NCBI GenBank assembly: GCA_965215185.1
Contig: OZ244034.1
Location: forward strand, 224,001-288,000
Direction: 5' to 3'
Source of the DNA: Acidimicrobiia bacterium
GTDB taxonomy: Bacteria; Actinomycetota; Acidimicrobiia; Spongiisociales; ZC4RG35
Length of the DNA stretch: 64,000 nucleotides
Numbering within the stretch: position 1 is the first letter of the stretch; each line of letters starts with the position of its first letter. The notes beneath the pieces were generated by a model. That model had not been told where the DNA came from. It saw only the letters and a program-made list of their open reading frames with translations, and ran no database searches. Both the position numbers and the translations under genes were made by a program. Positions 1 to 9,690 of this stretch are shown one piece after another.

Positions 1-456
1 CTGGGCCGAGCCGACAGTACCGAACGCTGGTCGATAGCGAGCAAGTACGGGTTCCTCAACGGGGGCGGTGGATCGTGGTACTGGAAGCCGCTGCGGAACC
101 TCACGCCGGGAAAGCGCGTGTTCGCATATGTGGGCGGGGCCGGGTATGTCGGCATAGGCCTAGTCACCGGGGAGATGATCCCCGCGCGTGATGCCAAAGT
201 CGAGGTCAATGGACAACTCCAATCACTTCTCGATCAAACAGAGCTGAGCGCGGAGTGGCGGGGGAGCGCGGCCTCAGACGACCCCGAACTTACCGAGATG
301 GTCGTGCCGGTCAAGTGGCTCGGCATACGGCCCCTCGAGGAGGCGGTTTGGGAGAAGGGGCTCTTCGCATCACAGGTCACCGTCTGCAAACTGCGCGACG
401 AGCGCACAATCAAGACGGTCGAGGCGGCGTTCGGGCTCCAATCTGCCATTGACTGA
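1..456 (+). CDS. C-terminal part of a putative nuclease/defence protein (NucS/DUF91-associated, EVE/PUA-like domain); 5'-truncated by the window edge
   Basis: Frame is open from base 1 (..KYGFLNGGGGSWYWKPLRNLTPGKRVFAYVGGAGYVGIG..). This resembles the 'GF..GGG.WY...L..L.PG.RVF....GYVG.G' motif of such proteins. Confidence 0.5.
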   Translation: MGRADSTERWSIASKYGFLNGGGGSWYWKPLRNLTPGKRVFAYVGGAGYVGIGLVTGEMIPARDAKVEVNGQLQSLLDQTELSAEWRGSAASDDPELTEMVVPVKWLGIRPLEEAVWEKGLFASQVTVCKLRDERTIKTVEAAFGLQSAID

Positions 457-547
457 TCGACCAGCCCCCAAGGCAGTCTCCCACGGTTTGTTTGATTCAA
501 TAACCTAGGCTCGAAGACGACCGGTGCCTGGTCGCAAAGACCGTTTG

Positions 548-2392
548 TCAACGAAGAGGTAAGATCTTCCCTGATGCTCGTAGCGCATCGCTGATTCGGT
601 CTTCTAAGGGCGTCGGTTCCGATGGAGCGACCGGGGTGGTCGTGCTCTCCTGCTCGGACCTGACCCGGCGCGCCGTCCGTTCTGCTTGGGTGGCATCCGG
701 ATCGACCTGGGCCGTGTCCGGCTTGAATACGACTCCGTATTCGTTGAACGCTCGCTCGGTTGACAAGATTCCGTTACGAACATCCAATGCAACAAGCTGT
801 ATGTCCCGGTCGAGAGGATCTCCCCAGCCGCCGGCGCCGGCCGTACGGTGAATCAAACGAGTCCCGGCCGTAACCCGCTGAGAGAACTTGGAGGGCATGA
901 GCATCTCTTGGCCATCTGTGCCGAGACGGTTTTCCGAAGGTGTGCCGGGCTTTCCGGCGCCGATCCCGTAAGGCCAGATTGTGGCCCGGTCGGAACGAAC
1001 GCTCAGGTCGCATTCCTGGAGAAACGTGTACTCGCGCTGAAGCGAGAGGCCACCCCGGTGAAGGCCCGCGCCCCCCGTGTCGGGAACATAGCCGTAGTGA
1101 TCGACTCGGACGGGAAGTGACGACTCGAGCATCTCGACGGGGATGTTGCTCACATTGGCGCCGATATTCGGCACGCCATCCTCGCCATCACCAAGAGACT
1201 GGCCGCCCCACGCCCCAGAAATCAGTTCCACGACAGAGAACCGCTCGCCGTCGGGTCTCATGCCCCCCACCGTGACCAGCGACAGCCCCCCGTCGGAAGC
1301 TCCCATCACCCGGTCGGGGAGAGCGGGTGCCAGGGCGCCGAAAATGGCGTCCAATACCCTGAAACCGGTCAGGCCACGGGTTCCCGTAGCGGCCGGAAGG
1401 ACACAATTGAGGATGCTCCCCAACGGCGCCTTGACTGTTATCGGCCGAAAGAACCCGGCGTTGTTGGGAATGTCGGACCGCAGCAAGGTACGCATCGCCG
1501 CGTAGGTATTCGACTTCGTAAACGACAGGGTGTTGTTCAACGAAGCCCGAACCTGTGGCGAAGTGCCTTCGAAGTCGAGGGTAACTCCACCGTCGCGGAT
1601 CTCTATGGATACGGCTATGGGCACCGGATCATCACGGACACCGTCGTCATCCAGATAGTCGGTGAACGAGTAGGTTCCCTCCGGGAACGTACCGATCTCG
1701 AGGCTGGTGAGCATTTCCGTATAGTCGAGCAGCGCCACTACATGGGCTCTGAACGTCTCGAGTCCGTAGCGGCGGATCATTTGGTGGAAGGCCTTGACCC
1801 CGGTCGTACACGCCACCAGCTGGGCTTCGAAGTCTCCGAGGACAATGTCCGGTACCCGGGTGTTAGCAGCAAGAAGGGCGAATATGCCTTCCTCCCGCTT
1901 TCCACGCGAAAAGAGCTTGACAGGCGGGATCCGCAGGCCCTCCTGAAAACACTCCTCGGCATAGGGCGACATGCTCCCGGCCACCAGTCCACCGAGATCG
2001 GCATGATGCGCCACCGTCGCCACGAGTCCTACGAACTGCGAGTCGTAGAAGACGGGGCGCACGACGAAAATATCAGGAAGGTGCATACCACCGTCAAACG
2101 GATCGTTGACCATGGCCACATCGCCTGGATGCAGATCTCCTCGGAATCGGTTGAGAATCGCCGCCACAGCATCCGGAAGAGCACCGAGTTGGTTGGGCAG
2201 GGTGACTCCTTGTGCGATTATCTGTCCGGTCTCGTCACACAAGGCTGTGGAGAAGTCCATCGCGCTCTTCACCGTCTCCGAATGTGCAGTCCGCAGGACG
2301 CTCACCGCCATCTCTTCGCATATCGCCGCCAGACCCTCGCGGATCAGTTCCCGCTCGATCGCGGCTGTTCCTCTGGATGCTGCGGTGGTCAT
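548..2392 (-). CDS. hyuB: Hydantoinase B / 5-oxoprolinase family protein
   Basis: 614 aa; motifs DFSTA, NDPFDGGMHLPD, HHADLGG, EGLRIPP, GGAGLHRGG, AGAGGWGDP; overlaps the stop of subunit A. Confidence 0.92.
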   Translation of the reverse strand: MTTAASRGTAAIERELIREGLAAICEEMAVSVLRTAHSETVKSAMDFSTALCDETGQIIAQGVTLPNQLGALPDAVAAILNRFRGDLHPGDVAMVNDPFDGGMHLPDIFVVRPVFYDSQFVGLVATVAHHADLGGLVAGSMSPYAEECFQEGLRIPPVKLFSRGKREEGIFALLAANTRVPDIVLGDFEAQLVACTTGVKAFHQMIRRYGLETFRAHVVALLDYTEMLTSLEIGTFPEGTYSFTDYLDDDGVRDDPVPIAVSIEIRDGGVTLDFEGTSPQVRASLNNTLSFTKSNTYAAMRTLLRSDIPNNAGFFRPITVKAPLGSILNCVLPAATGTRGLTGFRVLDAIFGALAPALPDRVMGASDGGLSLVTVGGMRPDGERFSVVELISGAWGGQSLGDGEDGVPNIGANVSNIPVEMLESSLPVRVDHYGYVPDTGGAGLHRGGLSLQREYTFLQECDLSVRSDRATIWPYGIGAGKPGTPSENRLGTDGQEMLMPSKFSQRVTAGTRLIHRTAGAGGWGDPLDRDIQLVALDVRNGILSTERAFNEYGVVFKPDTAQVDPDATQAERTARRVRSEQESTTTPVAPSEPTPLEDRISDALRASGKILPLR

Positions 2393-4500
2393 GACGAACC
2401 CTCCTCAATGAACACATTCCAGGACTGGTCACGGAAGACTCTGTAACCGGGTGGGACCACCGTGGTGGCGTCGTAGTCCTCTATGATGAGTGGCGCTTCT
2501 CTGGGTGTAGGCGTGAGATCGCCGCGGCGGATTACCGGTGTCGGCAGGAGGCCGATGGCCTCGCCGAAGAAGACTTCTCGCTCCCGTGACACATCTGGCT
2601 GTGAGTCGGGCCGGTTGCTCGCAGGTACGCCGGGTGGATTCAACTCGCGTATCACCACCAGTAGTTGCACGATCTCGGTTGGATTGTTGGTCCGGTGGCC
2701 ATAGATGTTCTGGTGCTGCTCGCCGAACGCCCTGTCCAGTTCCACCAACCATGATGACCAATCATCGACAAACGGTGGCATCCTGACGGGAAGTTCAAAA
2801 CCCTGACCCACATATCGCATCTCCACCCAGGGTTCGAATTCAAAGGAGACGGTCTGCAGGCTCTTATGTCCCACGCCCTCCTGTGCCTGCGCCTCCAGTT
2901 CACCGATCTCCGATCGCAGTTCCTGGCGGGACAGGCTGCTGGTGCGCCGCAGGTAGGTCTTCTTGGCATGGAATTCGAGCCGGGCCTCCAGAAGTCCGAC
3001 AGCCGAGAAAACCCCAGGTTGGGGCGGCACGATTACCCGCTTGATCCCCAGTTCCCGAGCAATTCCCACGGCATGGACGGGCCCGCTGCCCCCGAACGCT
3101 ATCAGGGTGAAGTCGCGTGGGTCCCGGCCCCGCTGAACTGAAACGGACTTGATCGCCCGGATCATGCTGGCGTTGGCGATCTGATGGGCGCCATAGGCGG
3201 CGACCGGAACATCGAGACCCAGGGGAGCGGCGACCTTGCTCTCGAACACGGCTCGGGCTCTGGCAACATCCAGCTTCACCGCCCCGTCCAGCAGCCCCTC
3301 GGGGTTCAGATACCCGAGCAACAGGTTGGCGTCGGTAACCGTAGGCTCGTCGCCTCCCTTCCCGTAACACACCGGACCGGGAAGCGCCCCGGCCGAAGAG
3401 GGGCCAACCTTCGGAGCACCGGCGGAATCGATCCATACGATGCTGCCACCCCCCGCTCCGACCTCGGCGAGGTCAATGAAGGGCACACTCAGGGCGTAGC
3501 CGCCTCCGCTCCTCAAGCGGCTACCGGCGGACATCGATGACGCCACCTCGAATTCGGCCGTGAAGTGCGGTTCGCCATTCTCCACCAAGGCGGTCTTGGC
3601 GGTGGTGCCGCCCATGTCGAACGTGATGACCTTATCCATCCCCAACGATCGCGCCAGCCCACTGGACGCGATCACCCCGGCTGCGGGACCCGACTCAACA
3701 ACGTATGCAGGTCGCTCAGCGGCCGCTTCGCTGGTCATGACGCCGCCATTGGACTGCATAATGAGCAACGGGGCCGTCACGCCCAGCGAGTTGAGCTTTC
3801 CCCGCAGCGCCTCGAGGTAGGAGGCGACCACTGGCCTGACATAAGCGTTGAGCACCGTCGTGCTGGTCCTCTCGTACTCACGAATCACCGGTAACACCCG
3901 GTGTGATAGTGAGATCCAGACATGGGGGTATTCGTTGGCGAGCATGTCACCGATGGCCGTCTCGTGGGAGGGATTGGCGTAGGAGTGGATAAGGCTCACT
4001 GCAATCGACTCCACCCCCAGTTCGATGAGCTTTTCCGCCTTCCGCCGGGCGTCGTCGAGATCCAGGGCTGTGATCGTGGAGCCGTCAACACCGATTCGTT
4101 CGATGACCTCGAGGCGCCGCGAGCGTTCGACCAGAGGCTCGGGTTTCTTCCAGGTCACGTCGTACAGCTTTGGAACACGCAGTCTTCGCAACTCGAGGAC
4201 GTCGGCAAACCCCGCCGTGGTCAACAAACCCGTGAGGGCGCCCTTTCGTTCGAGAATGGCATTGGTCGCCATGGTGCTTCCATGCACCACGTCGCGCGTG
4301 TCAGCCGACTCGATACCGTGAGACTCGATGATTTCGTGGATCCCCTCAATCACCCCTTTGCTGAAGTCCCGTGGGGTGGACAGCAGTTTGTAGGTATAAA
4401 TATCGCCACTGGCGCTGGTAATGACGACATCGGTAAAGGTGCCTCCCACATCAACACCGATTCTTGATTCCTCTGGCAGCCGTAGGCCGGAAGCGCTCAT
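2389..4500 (-). CDS. hyuA: Hydantoinase A / 5-oxoprolinase family protein
   Basis: 703 aa; GVDVGGTFTD, HGSTMATNAILE, EYERTSTTVLNAY, ESGPAAG, DMGGTT, GAGGGSI, PTVTDA motifs. Confidence 0.93.
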   Translation of the reverse strand: MSASGLRLPEESRIGVDVGGTFTDVVITSASGDIYTYKLLSTPRDFSKGVIEGIHEIIESHGIESADTRDVVHGSTMATNAILERKGALTGLLTTAGFADVLELRRLRVPKLYDVTWKKPEPLVERSRRLEVIERIGVDGSTITALDLDDARRKAEKLIELGVESIAVSLIHSYANPSHETAIGDMLANEYPHVWISLSHRVLPVIREYERTSTTVLNAYVRPVVASYLEALRGKLNSLGVTAPLLIMQSNGGVMTSEAAAERPAYVVESGPAAGVIASSGLARSLGMDKVITFDMGGTTAKTALVENGEPHFTAEFEVASSMSAGSRLRSGGGYALSVPFIDLAEVGAGGGSIVWIDSAGAPKVGPSSAGALPGPVCYGKGGDEPTVTDANLLLGYLNPEGLLDGAVKLDVARARAVFESKVAAPLGLDVPVAAYGAHQIANASMIRAIKSVSVQRGRDPRDFTLIAFGGSGPVHAVGIARELGIKRVIVPPQPGVFSAVGLLEARLEFHAKKTYLRRTSSLSRQELRSEIGELEAQAQEGVGHKSLQTVSFEFEPWVEMRYVGQGFELPVRMPPFVDDWSSWLVELDRAFGEQHQNIYGHRTNNPTEIVQLLVVIRELNPPGVPASNRPDSQPDVSREREVFFGEAIGLLPTPVIRRGDLTPTPREAPLIIEDYDATTVVPPGYRVFRDQSWNVFIEEGSS

Positions 4501-4720
4501 ACGGAAGTTGACCTCGATTCCGCCTCCGCGCTGGTCATCGTCTCCGTGCCGACCGCGACTCCGCGCCGACGGTCGGGATCAAAGGATCGAAGCGACATAG
4601 GCCCGTATCTTAGGAGATATGTGACAAAATATCACAACAACAATCGCCCAAGGCCACTGACCGATTTGACTGCGAGGAATCGGGGGGTGCTTTGCAGGCT
4701 ATCGGGTTTTCGGGTGCTGG

Positions 4721-4827
4721 TGTAAGTGTCGTGACCCTCGATTTGACTGACCCGGCTTGGTGTCTCTTGTTTGACCTGTCCGGCATTGACGCCGGTCCAG
4801 AGCCTGGCGAACCCGGGGTAGCTTACA
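4721..4827. mobile_element. Short IS-end/MITE-like remnant
   Basis: Bounded by TGTAAG...CTTACA; internal sequence resembles actinobacterial IS termini; no transposase. Confidence 0.3.
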
Positions 4828-4860
4828 GGCATGTAAACGTCCCCTGAAGAAAGGGCAGCA

Positions 4861-5271
4861 ATGAAGAGGGATAACTTGATCAAAGGTGTAATTCCCGGTG
4901 TTATGGCCGGTTACCTGTTCCTGGCTTACGCCGGAGGGGGCATGCAGGACATGATCGGTGGCATGATTGACGCCAACGACTTCGCGGGCTTCATCATGCA
5001 CGTCGTCTTCAGCGCCGTTATTGGTGCTCTGTATACAGCCTTTTTCGTGCCCTATGTGAAGCTGGGTAACGCCCTGTTGAACATCGTGGTTGGTGGTCTG
5101 ATCTACGGTGTCATCTGGTGGGTATTGGGTGGCAACATCATTATGCCGCTTATCGCGGGTGGCGACGTGCTGCAGTTTGGTCTAGGAGCAAGCTTCTATG
5201 GTCACATCATCTTTGGGCACGCTCTTGCCTTCCTCGTGATCTTGCGTGATATGGCGCTGAAGAGCCAGTAA
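4861..5271 (+). CDS. Small multi-pass membrane protein
   Basis: 136 aa, about 4 hydrophobic segments with intramembrane His (MHVVFS, GHIIFGH); lower GC than neighbours. Confidence 0.75.
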   Translation: MKRDNLIKGVIPGVMAGYLFLAYAGGGMQDMIGGMIDANDFAGFIMHVVFSAVIGALYTAFFVPYVKLGNALLNIVVGGLIYGVIWWVLGGNIIMPLIAGGDVLQFGLGASFYGHIIFGHALAFLVILRDMALKSQ

Positions 5272-5364
5272 AAGGGGCTCTTCCCCTAGCCAGGGACGGC
5301 AAACGGGCCCCGTTCTCCCACTGGACCCCAATAGCGGTGATGGGTCAATCGTTTAGGGAATGCT

Positions 5365-6687
5365 CTAACGGTTGACCCGTTGTCCGCCTTCCACTACGAT
5401 TCGACCGCCGATGATGACATGCCTCACGCGGGTGATGTCATCTCGGTCGACCACAACCATGTCGGCTACGTGTCCCGGTTCGATGAGTCCCCTGCCAGGA
5501 GCTAGGCCAGGGATAATGGCGGCAGGAGAGCTGGTGGCGAGCCTCACAGCCTGCGGGAGAGAGATCACTCCGTATTCGACCGCCTTCTTGATCAACAACA
5601 GGATGGGGTCGTGATAGCCCCCCGAGTAGTCCGTGGACACCACGTCAACCAGCCCCTCGGCCAGCAAGGCGAAGGTGGTCTCCGGACTGGGCTCCAACTG
5701 GCCGACGCCGAAATGGTCGGCGGTGATCACTTCCACGAAGCCTCCGTAACCCCTGACCTCCTTCGCAATCTGCACCGCCTCTTCGGGTGTGGCGTGATAA
5801 TTGGCGTGTAGCGCCACCATCTGGTCGCCAATTTCCTTGGCGACCTCTCGGATGGGGACATAGGTGTCCGGTTCGGTGTGGCACAGGGCAGGTACCCCCA
5901 GCCTCGGGGCATAGTCGATGGTCTCGAGTATCGCTTCTTTAGCGGCCGCCATCGGTTCGACGCTGGTCTCTCTTACCAGCGTCTTCGCTTCGTCTAGCGT
6001 CATCGGTTCCAAACCCGCGTTCTGGATGATTCGAGCGATTGCGCGGTCGTCTCCCGACATGTAAGCAGCGTCCAGAGCGAGTGCGTGGCCCACGGAAATC
6101 GGCCGTTCGAGCCGCAGATTCTTCTCGTACGTTGCGCCGGTGGTGGCCCAGGAGCCTACTTCTCCCATAGCCACGGCGCCCGAAGACACAGCCTCCTCGG
6201 CGGTGAAACTGCGGTGATACGCTCCGAGGCGGTTGCCGCCCAATTCCCCAGAAGCAACGTTCTTCGGCGTGTGGAGAGTCGACATCTTGACGTTCAGCGG
6301 ATGGATCTTGTTTATGGCATCGTTCTCGAAGGGCAGGGCAAAGCCGTCCAGGCTGAGCACGGTCGTCGTCCCTTGGAACAGGTGGTTGGTGAGGTTCGCG
6401 AGAACTCTTTCTTCGGGAGCACCATCTCTCGGAAGCCCCGGACAGAACGGACCGAAGCTAACTACATGCGTATGAATGTTGATGAGTCCGGGCAGTATGA
6501 GACCGCCTTCAGCATCGAGGACCCGATGCGAGTACACCCGGTAGGGGAGGTGTCGGATCCTGTGAAGAGCGGTGATCAATCCGTCTTCGGTTGTGACGGA
6601 AGTGTCCTCTAGGTAGGACCGCCCGTCACCGGTAACGACATGCCCGTTGACGATATCGAGCCGCATTGCATTCCCCCAGGTTGGCAT
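5365..6687 (-). CDS. Metal-dependent amidohydrolase family protein
   Basis: LPGLINIHTH (HxH), GTTT, STD, and C-terminal RGLIEPGHVADMVVVD; start may be 6666. Confidence 0.85.
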   Translation of the reverse strand: MPTWGNAMRLDIVNGHVVTGDGRSYLEDTSVTTEDGLITALHRIRHLPYRVYSHRVLDAEGGLILPGLINIHTHVVSFGPFCPGLPRDGAPEERVLANLTNHLFQGTTTVLSLDGFALPFENDAINKIHPLNVKMSTLHTPKNVASGELGGNRLGAYHRSFTAEEAVSSGAVAMGEVGSWATTGATYEKNLRLERPISVGHALALDAAYMSGDDRAIARIIQNAGLEPMTLDEAKTLVRETSVEPMAAAKEAILETIDYAPRLGVPALCHTEPDTYVPIREVAKEIGDQMVALHANYHATPEEAVQIAKEVRGYGGFVEVITADHFGVGQLEPSPETTFALLAEGLVDVVSTDYSGGYHDPILLLIKKAVEYGVISLPQAVRLATSSPAAIIPGLAPGRGLIEPGHVADMVVVDRDDITRVRHVIIGGRIVVEGGQRVNR

Positions 6688-6880
6688 GGATCAAGACTGT
6701 GCCCTCTCGAACTCTACTGGCGCGGTGAGAACGCCGACAGTTTCACACTCATTGGAGTCGCCTCAGGGTCACGGTGAATAGTGGTCACTCGTGGGCGGCG
6801 GTAATACCCAGGACATTGCCAGGCTCTGCCGCTTTTGCCCGCCTGTTTGCGGATCGAAACCGACCACTAGAGTTACCGAC

Positions 6881-6894
6881 TGTAAGCGCTTACG
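6881..6894. promoter_or_regulatory. LacI-type operator upstream of the alpha-glucosidase
   Basis: TGTAAGCGCTTACG, 13/14 identical to the palindrome at 9662. Confidence 0.8.
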
Positions 6895-6905
6895 GAGAAG
6901 GGCGG

Positions 6906-8573
6906 ATGAAGGGCAGCAGGCCGCAACAGGTTACCACCGGGGGCTTCGTGACTTCATCGTTGGAGGACGCTGCCGGGTGCCATAAGACTCCCTGGTGGGA
7001 AGGAGCCGTCGGCTATCAGATCTATGTACGTTCGTTCGCGGACAGCAACGGGGACGGCATGGGCGACCTGCGCGGCATCGCCCAGCGCCTTGACTATCTC
7101 ACTTGGCTGGGAGTCGGTGCCGTATGGCTGACGCCCTTCTATCCGACGTCCGGGCACGATCACGGCTACGACGTCAGCGAATACTGTGATGTGTCGCCCC
7201 AACACGGCAGCCTCGACGACTTCGACCACCTCGTGGAGTTGGCCCACAGCCGCGGTCTAAAAGTGATCGTGGACGTGGTCCCCAATCACACCTCAATCGA
7301 CCACGAATGGTTCATCCGGGCCCGAGGCCAGCGCGACAGCCCTGATCGGGATCGCTACCTGTGGGCTGATCCGGCGCCCGGCGGCGGGCCGCCCAACAAT
7401 TGGCGCAGCCACTTCGGCGGACCCGCCTGGACCCTGGACGAGGCCTCGGGTCAGTACTGGTGCCATCTCTTTTTGCCGGAACAGCCCGATCTCAACTGGC
7501 GCAACGAAGAAGTGATGGCGTCCTTCGACGCGATCCTGCGGTGGTGGATCCAGCGCGGCGTTGACGGGTTCCGCATCGACGTCGCTTCCGGCCTGGTCAA
7601 GGACGCCCAAATGCGAGACAACCCCCAGATCGCGCCCGTCAATTCGGACATGGATCCCTTGGAGGTGTTCGCTGCATTCGATCACCGCTACGACATGGAC
7701 CAGCCAGAAACCGTTGACATCTTCCGCCGTTGGCAGCGTGTTTGCGAGCCCCACGACATACTCCTGCTCGGCGAGGTCGGCCTGTCGGCGCCCGAGCGAG
7801 TCGGCCATTACGTGGCGCCGGGTGCGCTCGACCGCGCTTTCTTCCTGCCGCCTTCCTGGATGGTGTGGTCGCCGACCGAGATCGTAGCGATGCTGAGATC
7901 GATGCAGCGAGCCGCTCCCGGCGCCGTGGCGTGGGTGTTGAGCAACCACGATCGGATGCGGGTGGCTGACCGCTTCGGCGGAGGCAACGCCGGGCAGCGG
8001 CGGGCTCTGGCCCTCACCACGCTGATGATGGCGCTTGGGGGGATGCCGTTTCTGTACCAGGGTGAGGAACTCGGGCTTGGCGACGGGGTGGTCCGGGCGG
8101 GAGGCCAGCAAGACCCATTCGCGGTCCGGAACCCAGGCGCGGTGAACGGGCGCGACGGCTGCCGTACGCCCATGCCTTGGGACGGCACGGCCTACAACGG
8201 CTTTTCAACCAGCGCGCCTTGGATCGACTCTGAGCCCCGCTCCGTTGAGGAGACAGTCGCGGGCCAGCGCAGCGATCCACACGCTGCGGTGCATCGCTAC
8301 CGCGAGTTGCTGGCGGCCCGCCGTCGACATCCGGATCTCTGGCAGGCGCCGGCCGAGTGGATTGAGACGGGGGATCCGTCAGTGGTCGTGGTGCGTCGAG
8401 GCTCGGCTGTGGTCGTCGCCAACCTGGCCGACCGTCGCACGAGCGTGCGGCTGGGCTCCCCCGGATGGCAACCCGTCTTCGCCAGCCGGGAAAGCATTAG
8501 CCTTGACAGCCCGGCACGGGACGCGGTATCTGTACCTGCCGAGTCAGCCGTGGTGTTGGCGAGCGGTCATTAG
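6906..8573 (+). CDS. GH13 alpha-glucosidase / oligo-1,6-glucosidase
   Basis: YQIYVRSFADSNGDGMGDL, DHGYDV, VPNHTS, QPDLNW, GFRIDVA (nucleophile), SNHD, GRDGCRTPMPW. Start moved from 6774 to the ATG at 6906, after the operator and RBS. Confidence 0.93.
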   Translation: MKGSRPQQVTTGGFVTSSLEDAAGCHKTPWWEGAVGYQIYVRSFADSNGDGMGDLRGIAQRLDYLTWLGVGAVWLTPFYPTSGHDHGYDVSEYCDVSPQHGSLDDFDHLVELAHSRGLKVIVDVVPNHTSIDHEWFIRARGQRDSPDRDRYLWADPAPGGGPPNNWRSHFGGPAWTLDEASGQYWCHLFLPEQPDLNWRNEEVMASFDAILRWWIQRGVDGFRIDVASGLVKDAQMRDNPQIAPVNSDMDPLEVFAAFDHRYDMDQPETVDIFRRWQRVCEPHDILLLGEVGLSAPERVGHYVAPGALDRAFFLPPSWMVWSPTEIVAMLRSMQRAAPGAVAWVLSNHDRMRVADRFGGGNAGQRRALALTTLMMALGGMPFLYQGEELGLGDGVVRAGGQQDPFAVRNPGAVNGRDGCRTPMPWDGTAYNGFSTSAPWIDSEPRSVEETVAGQRSDPHAAVHRYRELLAARRRHPDLWQAPAEWIETGDPSVVVVRRGSAVVVANLADRRTSVRLGSPGWQPVFASRESISLDSPARDAVSVPAESAVVLASGH

Positions 8574-8593
8574 CAGCCAAAGGAGAAACAGCC

Positions 8594-9607
8594 TTGGGAG
8601 AGAGCGGGACCACAATAGAGGACATAGCCGAGGCGGCGGGAGTGTCGATCGCCACCGTCAGCCGCGCCCTGCGCAACCTCCCCAATGTGGCGCCGGCGAC
8701 CCGTTCGAAAGTGCTCGAGGTGGCGGCCAAGTTTCGGTATGAACTCCATCCTCAGGCGTCGCGCCTGGCCTCAGGGCGGACCTGGACGGTCGGCGTGGTA
8801 GCACCTCTGTTCGGGACTTGGTTCCCGTTCCGCGCCCTGGGTGGCATCAACTCGGTGTTCGCCAAGGCAGGCTACGACCTGCTGATCTCCATGATGACCA
8901 ATCCCGAGGACCGCCAGCGGTTCTTGCAGGGGGCCAGGTCGTTCTGCCGCCGTGTTGACGGGATCGTCCTGATCGACACCTTTGTCAGCGCCGACGTCAG
9001 CTCGGCAGACGCTTTATTCAACCGGCCGGTCGTAGCGGTCGGCGAGAGACTCGAGGGCGCTTCTTCGATAGCCATCGACAACCGCCTCGCTTCCCGGCGC
9101 GCCGTTGAGCATCTCATCGATCTCGGGCACGAGCGCATCGGCCTGGTTGCTGGACCGCAGCCGGCGGGCCTGCCGACACCGGTTCCAAGGCAGCGTCGGC
9201 TCGGCTACGAAGACGCCCTGCGGGCCGCGGGGCTGCCGATCGATCCTTCACTGGTGGTGGGCGGCGAGGGGTCCGCCACCGGCGGCGCCGCTGCACTGGC
9301 GAGGCTCCTTGAAGGCTCCGACCCCCCCACCGCGGTGTTCTGCGCATCCGATGAGATGGCCATTGGTGTGGTGCAGGCCGCGGCTCGCCGCGGCCTCGGC
9401 GTGCCGGGCGACCTCTCTGTTGTCGGGTTCGACGACCACGACCTGTCAGACGCTTTGGGGCTTACCACGATGCGTCAGGCTGTCGACGAGATGGGCGTCC
9501 GGGCGGCTGAGACGGTGCTGGCGCTGATCGACGGCAGCGAGCCGGTGAGCGACATCACCTGGGAAGTCCCCCTGGTGATACGTAACACAACCGCTCCAAT
9601 AGGTTGA
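8594..9607 (+). CDS. LacI-family transcriptional regulator
   Basis: TIEDIAEAAGVSIATVSRAL HTH; LSVVGFDD; periplasmic-binding-type effector domain. Confidence 0.95.
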   Translation: MGESGTTIEDIAEAAGVSIATVSRALRNLPNVAPATRSKVLEVAAKFRYELHPQASRLASGRTWTVGVVAPLFGTWFPFRALGGINSVFAKAGYDLLISMMTNPEDRQRFLQGARSFCRRVDGIVLIDTFVSADVSSADALFNRPVVAVGERLEGASSIAIDNRLASRRAVEHLIDLGHERIGLVAGPQPAGLPTPVPRQRRLGYEDALRAAGLPIDPSLVVGGEGSATGGAAALARLLEGSDPPTAVFCASDEMAIGVVQAAARRGLGVPGDLSVVGFDDHDLSDALGLTTMRQAVDEMGVRAAETVLALIDGSEPVSDITWEVPLVIRNTTAPIG

Positions 9608-9626
9608 ACACCACCGTGTAGATGGG

Positions 9627-9675
9627 TTGACGCAGCGCGGCGAGTACGCTACAGTAAGAACTGTAAGCGCTTACA
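9627..9675 (+). promoter_or_regulatory. Sigma70-type promoter plus LacI operator of the sugar ABC operon
   Basis: TTGACG (9627-32), 17 bp spacer, TACAGT (9650-55); perfect palindrome TGTAAGCGCTTACA (9662-75); RBS AGGAGG before 9691. Confidence 0.85.
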
Positions 9676-9690
9676 TTCAGGAGGTGCGCC

